Assembly (NCBI RefSeq): GCF_009914755.1
Contig: NC_060938.1
Reading direction: 5' to 3' (one strand)
DNA length: 64,000 bases
Source of the DNA: the human T2T-CHM13v2.0 reference genome, Homo sapiens
Made by a program: the position numbers and the translations under genes. This document shows, piece by piece, positions 58,380-64,000 of this stretch; position 1 is the first letter of the stretch, and each line of letters opens with the position of its first letter. The notes beneath the pieces were generated by a model. The model searched no databases, was not told where the DNA came from, and was given only the letters and a program-made list of their open reading frames with translations.

Positions 58380-60160
58380 ATGAAGAAAATGAACAACATA
58401 AAGAGTTGATTACCATACAAAGTTATTATTTTTTACAAAAGAGGTTAAGGAGCAGAATAACATCTTTGCAGACAATAAAAGCATGCCAGAAATAAATGCC
58501 CACAAAATAAATGAAAATGATACCTAATATTTCCAACTGAGCCAAAAACAATTGAGAAAATGATAGAAGCTATGAAATAAAAACATGAATCAGAATTTTA
58601 AAAACTCAGAAATATGATAATTGAAGAGAAGGAAGATTTTAACAGAGAGGTAAAGTCAGGAAAGAATTAGAAATAAAAGGAAAAAAGAATTTCAGGAATG
58701 AAGACTATGCTAGAAGGAAGGAATGCAAGGACAAAATAATGCAACAGATATTAGTTTAAGAAAAACAAAGTATGGGTGGGAGGAAAGACATTCGTAATAG
58801 CCCCAAACTAGAAACAACCCAGATATCCATCGATTGGTGAAAAGATAGAGAAAATGTTATTAATAAAGGAACACTACTTGGCAATAAAAATAATTGAACT
58901 ACTTATACATACAACAATATTAATCTCAAAAGCATTATGCTACATGAAATAAGTCGGATATAAGAAAGACTATGTGCTGTGGAGTTCAATTAGATGACAT
59001 TCTAAAAGATGGCAAAACATAGGAACAAAATACAGATCAGTGGTTGCTAGAGATTGAATTATGTATATGTGGGTAAGGGGGAGGCAATTGACTGCAAAGG
59101 GGCATGAGATAACTTTTTGGGGCAATGAAAATGTTCTAGAGTTTGGTCATACAGCTGTTTATGAATATTTGCCAAACTATACTTATAAATGATGAACTCT
59201 ATTGTATGTTTACTACAATTCAGTAAAAAAATAAATAATAAAGGGATAAGGTTTTGAGAAAAAGTGATAGATACAGACAGATTGCTAAGAGTATTCAACA
59301 CATACATAATAGAAATCTCAAAGAAAGAAAACAAAAACAGTGGAATAGAACCAATATTAACATCTTCACTTCCCTGAAATAAGATTTAAATGATTTAAAA
59401 TTTCTTATTGGAAAGGCATACATATAAGAAAAAAAATCTACCTAGAAAAGTAAAAATCATTGGATTACAAAAAGGAAAAAAAAAAAAAGAAGAAAAAATT
59501 CAGTGGTCATCCAGTCTTAACAGCCAAGTCATTAATAAGAAAAAAGAATATCAAATTGTCACCGAAATTTGTCAACTGATTTTTTTTTTTCAGAAGACAG
59601 TGGAGTAACGTATTTAGGATACTCAGGGATGGAAAATGGGAGCTAAGGGTTTAGCCACATAGAACTTCAGGTATAAAGGCCACAGACAAACTTGCAAGAA
59701 ATAAGGACATATTTTTCCCATAAATAGTTACTGCGGAATCTCCTGGAGAATATATGTTAGGTAATCAGAATGATGGGAGAAATATCCATGTAAGGACTGC
59801 TGGCAGTGATTGGCTGCTCAAAAAACATAAAAATAAAGACAACCATACAACTCTTGACAAAACCATACAACACCATCAATAAATTAGTCTTGCCAAAAAA
59901 GAAAGGAAAAATACAACTTAATATAATCAAGCCTTTAGATCTAACTGTCAATTTCCAGGAGAATTGGACAGAGAGAGAGGGGAATGTGAATTAGTGAATT
60001 AGATAAATAATATCATGGGGCTGCAATCAGCAAACCCCAGGCTGTGTGAAACTCTACAGGACAAACAACCCTATTTCTTCAACAAAATTTCCAGGATAGA
60101 GAGGGAGACAGAGAGAGAGGAAAGGTACAGATTAAAAGAGATATAAGAGATATATTAACT
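58380..60160 (+). mobile_element. Nested old L1M/HAL1 fragments
   Basis: A-rich sense sequence; cattcgtaatagccccaaactagaaacaaccc (L1M ORF2 end) at about 58790; acagattaaaagagatataagagat (L1M 3'-UTR-like) at about 60130. Confidence 0.6.
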
Positions 60161-63100
60161 GGCCAAGATGGCTGAATAGCAACAGAAAGCAGGTGATTTC
60201 TCCATTTCCAACTGAGTTACCCATTTGATCTCACTGGGGCTGGTTAGGTAGTGGGTCCAACCCACAGAGGGTGAGCAGAAGCAGGGTGGGGCGTTGCTTC
60301 ACCCGGGAAGTGCAAGGAGATGTGGGGACCTCCCTCCCCCAGCCAAGAGAAGCCTTGAGGGACTGTGCTACCTGTCCAGTTACTATGCTTTTCCCACGGT
60401 GTTTGTAATCTGCAGATCAGGAGATTCCCTCGAGTGCCCACATCACCAGGGCCCTGGGTTTCAAGCACAAAACTGGGCAGCTGTTTGGGCAGACACCAAG
60501 CTAGCTGCAGGAGTTTTTTTCATACCCCATGGGTGCCTGGAATGCCTGAGAGACAGAACAGCTCACTCCCCTGGAAAGGGGGTTGAAGCCAAGGAGCCAA
60601 GTGGTCTTGCTCAGCGGGCCCCACTCCCATGGAGCCCAGCAAGCTAAGAACCACTGGCTTGAAATTCTTGCTGCCAGCACAGCAGTCTGAGGTCAGTCTG
60701 GGACTACCAAGCTTAGTGTGGGGAGGGGCATCCACCATTACTGAGGCTTTAGTAGGCAGTTTTCCCCTGACAGTGCTAAGGAGGCTGGGAGGTCTGGACT
60801 GGGCGGAACTCACCACAGTGCAGCAAAGTAGCTGTGGCCAGACCTTTTCTCTAAATTCCTCCTCACTGGGCAGGGCATCTCTGAAGGTAACAGCCCCAGT
60901 CACGGGCTTACAGACAAAACCTCCATGTCCCTGGGACAGAGCACCTGGGGGAAGGGGCAGCTGTGGTTGCTGCTTCAGCAGGTTTAGTTGTTCCTGCCTG
61001 TTCTCTGAAATGAGCAGCTGATCCTGACAAGAGGGATTCTCCCAGCACAGCCCACCATCTCTGCTAAGGGACAGACTGCCTCCTCATGTTGGTCCCTGAC
61101 CCCCGTGCCTCCTGATGGGGAGACACCTCCCAACAGGGGTCAAAGACACCTCATTCAGGAGAGCTCGGGCTAACATCAGGCCAGTGCCCCTCTGGGACGA
61201 AGCTTCCAGAGGAAGGAGCAGGCAGCAATCTTTGCTGTTCTGCAGTCTCCACTGTGATACACAGGTACACAGGGTCTGGAGTGGACCTCTAGCAAACTGT
61301 AGCAGACCTGCAGAAGAGGAGCCTGGCTGTTAGAAGAAAAACTAACAAACAGAAAGCAACAACAACATCAACATCAACATAAAGGACCCCCACACAAAAA
61401 CTCCATCTAAAGGCCATCAGCCTCAAAGATCAAAGGTAGATAAATCCACAGAGATCAGGAAAAACCAGTGCAAAAACCCTGAAAATTCCAAAAACCAGAA
61501 TGCCTCTTCTCCTCCAAATGATTGCAACTCCTCTTGAGCAAGGGCACAAAACTAAATGGAGAATGAGATTGACAAATTGACAGAAGTAGGCTTCAGAAGG
61601 TGGGTAATAATGAACTCCTCTGAGCTAAAGGAGGATGTTATAATGCAATGCAAGGAAGCTAAGAACCTTGAATAGAGGTTATATAAACTGCTAACTAGAA
61701 TAACTACTTTAGAGAGGAACATAAATGACTTGATGGAGCTGAAAACACAGCATGAGAACTTCGTGAAGCATACACAAGTATCAATAGCCAAATCAATCAA
61801 GCAGAAGAAAGGATATCAGAGATTGAAGATCAACTTACTGAATAAGGTGTGAAGACAAGATTAGAGGAAAAAGAATGAAAAGGAATGAACAAAGCCTTCA
61901 AGAAATATGGGACTATGTGAAAAGACCAAACCTATGATTGATTGGTGTACCTGAAAGTGGCAGGGAGAATGGAACCAAGTTGGAAAACACACTTCAGGAT
62001 ATTATCCAGGAGAGCTTCCCCACCCTAGCAAGACAGGCCCACATTCAAATTCAGGAAATACAGAGAATACCACTAAGATACTCCTTGAGAAGAGCAACCC
62101 CAAGACACATAATCGTCAGATTTTCCAAGGTTGTAATGAAGGAAAAAATATTAAGGGTAGCCAGAGAGAAAGGTCAGGTTACCTACAAAGGGAAGCTCAT
62201 CAGACTAACAGCAGATCCCTCTGCAGAAACCCTGTGAGCCAGAAGAGAGTGGGGGCCAATATTCAACATTCATAAAGAAAATTTTCAACCTAGAATTTCA
62301 CACCCAGCCAAATTAAGCTTCATAAGCAAAGGAGAAATAAAATTCTTTATAGACAGCAAATGTGGAGGGATTTTGTCACCACAAGGCCTGCCTTATAAGA
62401 GCTCCTCAAGGAAGCACTGAATATGGAAAGGAAAAACCAGTACCAGCCACTGCAAAAACACACCAAAATATAAAGACCAATTACACTACGAAGAAACTGC
62501 ATCAACTAATATGCAAAATAACCAGCTAGCGTCATGATGTCAGGATCAAATTCACACATAACAATATTTACCTTAAATGTAAATGGGCTAAATGCCCCAA
62601 TTAAAAGACACAGACTAACCAATTGGATAGAGCCAAGACCTATTGGTGTGCTGCATTCAAGAGACCCATCTCACGTGCAAAAACACACATAGGCTCAAAA
62701 TAAAGGTATGGAGGAATATTTACCAAGCAAATGGAAAGCAAAAAAAAAAAAAAAAAACAAAAAAAAAACCCAGGGTTGCAATCCTAATCTCTGATAAAAC
62801 AGACTTTAAGCCAACAAAGATTAAAAAAAAAAAAAGACAAAGAAAGGCATTACATAATGGTAAAGGGATCAATGCAAGAAGAAGAGGTAACTATGCTAAA
62901 CATATATGCACCCAATACAGCAGCACCCAGATTTATAAAACAAGTTTTTAGAGACTGACAAAGAGACTTAGACTCCCACACAGTAATAGTGGGAGAGTTT
63001 AACACCTCACTGTCGATATTAAATGATCACCAAGACAGAAAATTAATAAGGATATTCAGGGCTTGAACTCAGCTCTGGACTAAGCAGACCTAACAGACAT

Positions 63101-64000
63101 CCACAGAACTCTCCACCCCAAATCAACAGAATATACATTCTTCTCAGTGCCACATAGCACTTATTCTAAAATCAACCGCATAACTGGAAGTAAAACACTC
63201 CTCACCAAATGCGAAATAATGGAAATCATAACAAACGGTCTCTCAGACCACAGTGAAATCAAATTAGAGCTCAGGATTAAGAATCTCACTCAAAACTGCA
63301 CAACTATGTCGAAACTGAACAACCTGCTCCTGAATGTTTACGGGGTAAAGAGTGAAATTAAGGCAGAAATAAATAAGTTCTTTGAAACCAATGAGAACAA
63401 AGAGACAGTGTACCAGAATCTCTGGGCCACATCTAAAGCAGTGTTTAGAGGGAAATTTATAGCACTAAATGCCCACAGGATAAGGCAGGAAAGATCTAAA
63501 ATCAACACCCTAACATCACAATAAAAGAACTAGAGAAGCAAGAACAAATTCCAAACCTAGAAGAAGACAAGAAATAACTAAATCAGAGCAGAACTGAAGG
63601 AGATAGAGACACAAAAACCCTTCAAAAAATCGATGAACCCAGGAGCTGGTTTTTTGAAAACATTAACAAAATACATAGACTGCTAGCAAGACTAATAAAG
63701 AAGGAAACAGAGAAGAATCAAATAGACACAATAAAAAATGATAAAGGGGATATAACCACTGATCCCACAGAAATACAAACTACCATCAGAGAATACTATA
63801 AACACCTCAACACAAATGAACTAGAAGATCTAGAAGAAATGGATAAATTCCTGTACACATTCATCCTCTCAAGACTAAACGAGGAAGAAGTCAAATCCCT
63901 GAATAGACCAATAACAAGTTCTGAAATTGAGACAGTAATTAATAGCCTACCAACCAAAAAAAGCCCAGGACCAGATGGATACACAGCCGAATTCTACCAG
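60161..64000 (+). mobile_element. L1PA (roughly L1PA7-10 age) with 5'-UTR, defective ORF1 (about 61454-62473) and ORF2 (from 62537, endonuclease and linker); runs off the window
   Basis: ggccAAGATGGC YY1 start; ORF1 peptides IGVPESGRENGTKLENTLQDIIQE; ORF2 MSGSNSHITIFTLNVNGLNAPIKRHRL and CIQETHL; ORF1 start mutated to ATC; multiple stops and frameshifts. Confidence 0.96.

Overview
Primate (most likely human) genomic DNA that is AT-rich, repeat-dense and almost entirely intronic. The only supported host protein-coding sequence is the first coding exon of AKAP6 (mAKAP; + strand, exon 33247-33604, ATG at 33281, 108 codons, phase-0 donor). The rest is Alu, L1/HAL1, L2, MIR, ERV/MaLR LTR and hAT MITE remnants, a full-length 7SL processed pseudogene (42122-42420) and the 5' part of an inactivated L1PA from 60161 to the window end. 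Nearly all other ORFs in the track are repeat-derived or chance. I found no convincing new multi-gene system. The best leads are: (i) a candidate upstream 5'-UTR exon (1728-1871) that, spliced to the coding exon, creates a strong-Kozak uORF in frame with AKAP6; (ii) inverted Alus bracketing the start-codon exon, which could yield a circRNA encoding a 140-aa product; (iii) two templated-duplication scars (4923-6879 and 48610-48725). Repeat family names come from recalled consensus sequences, not a search, and their boundaries are approximate.
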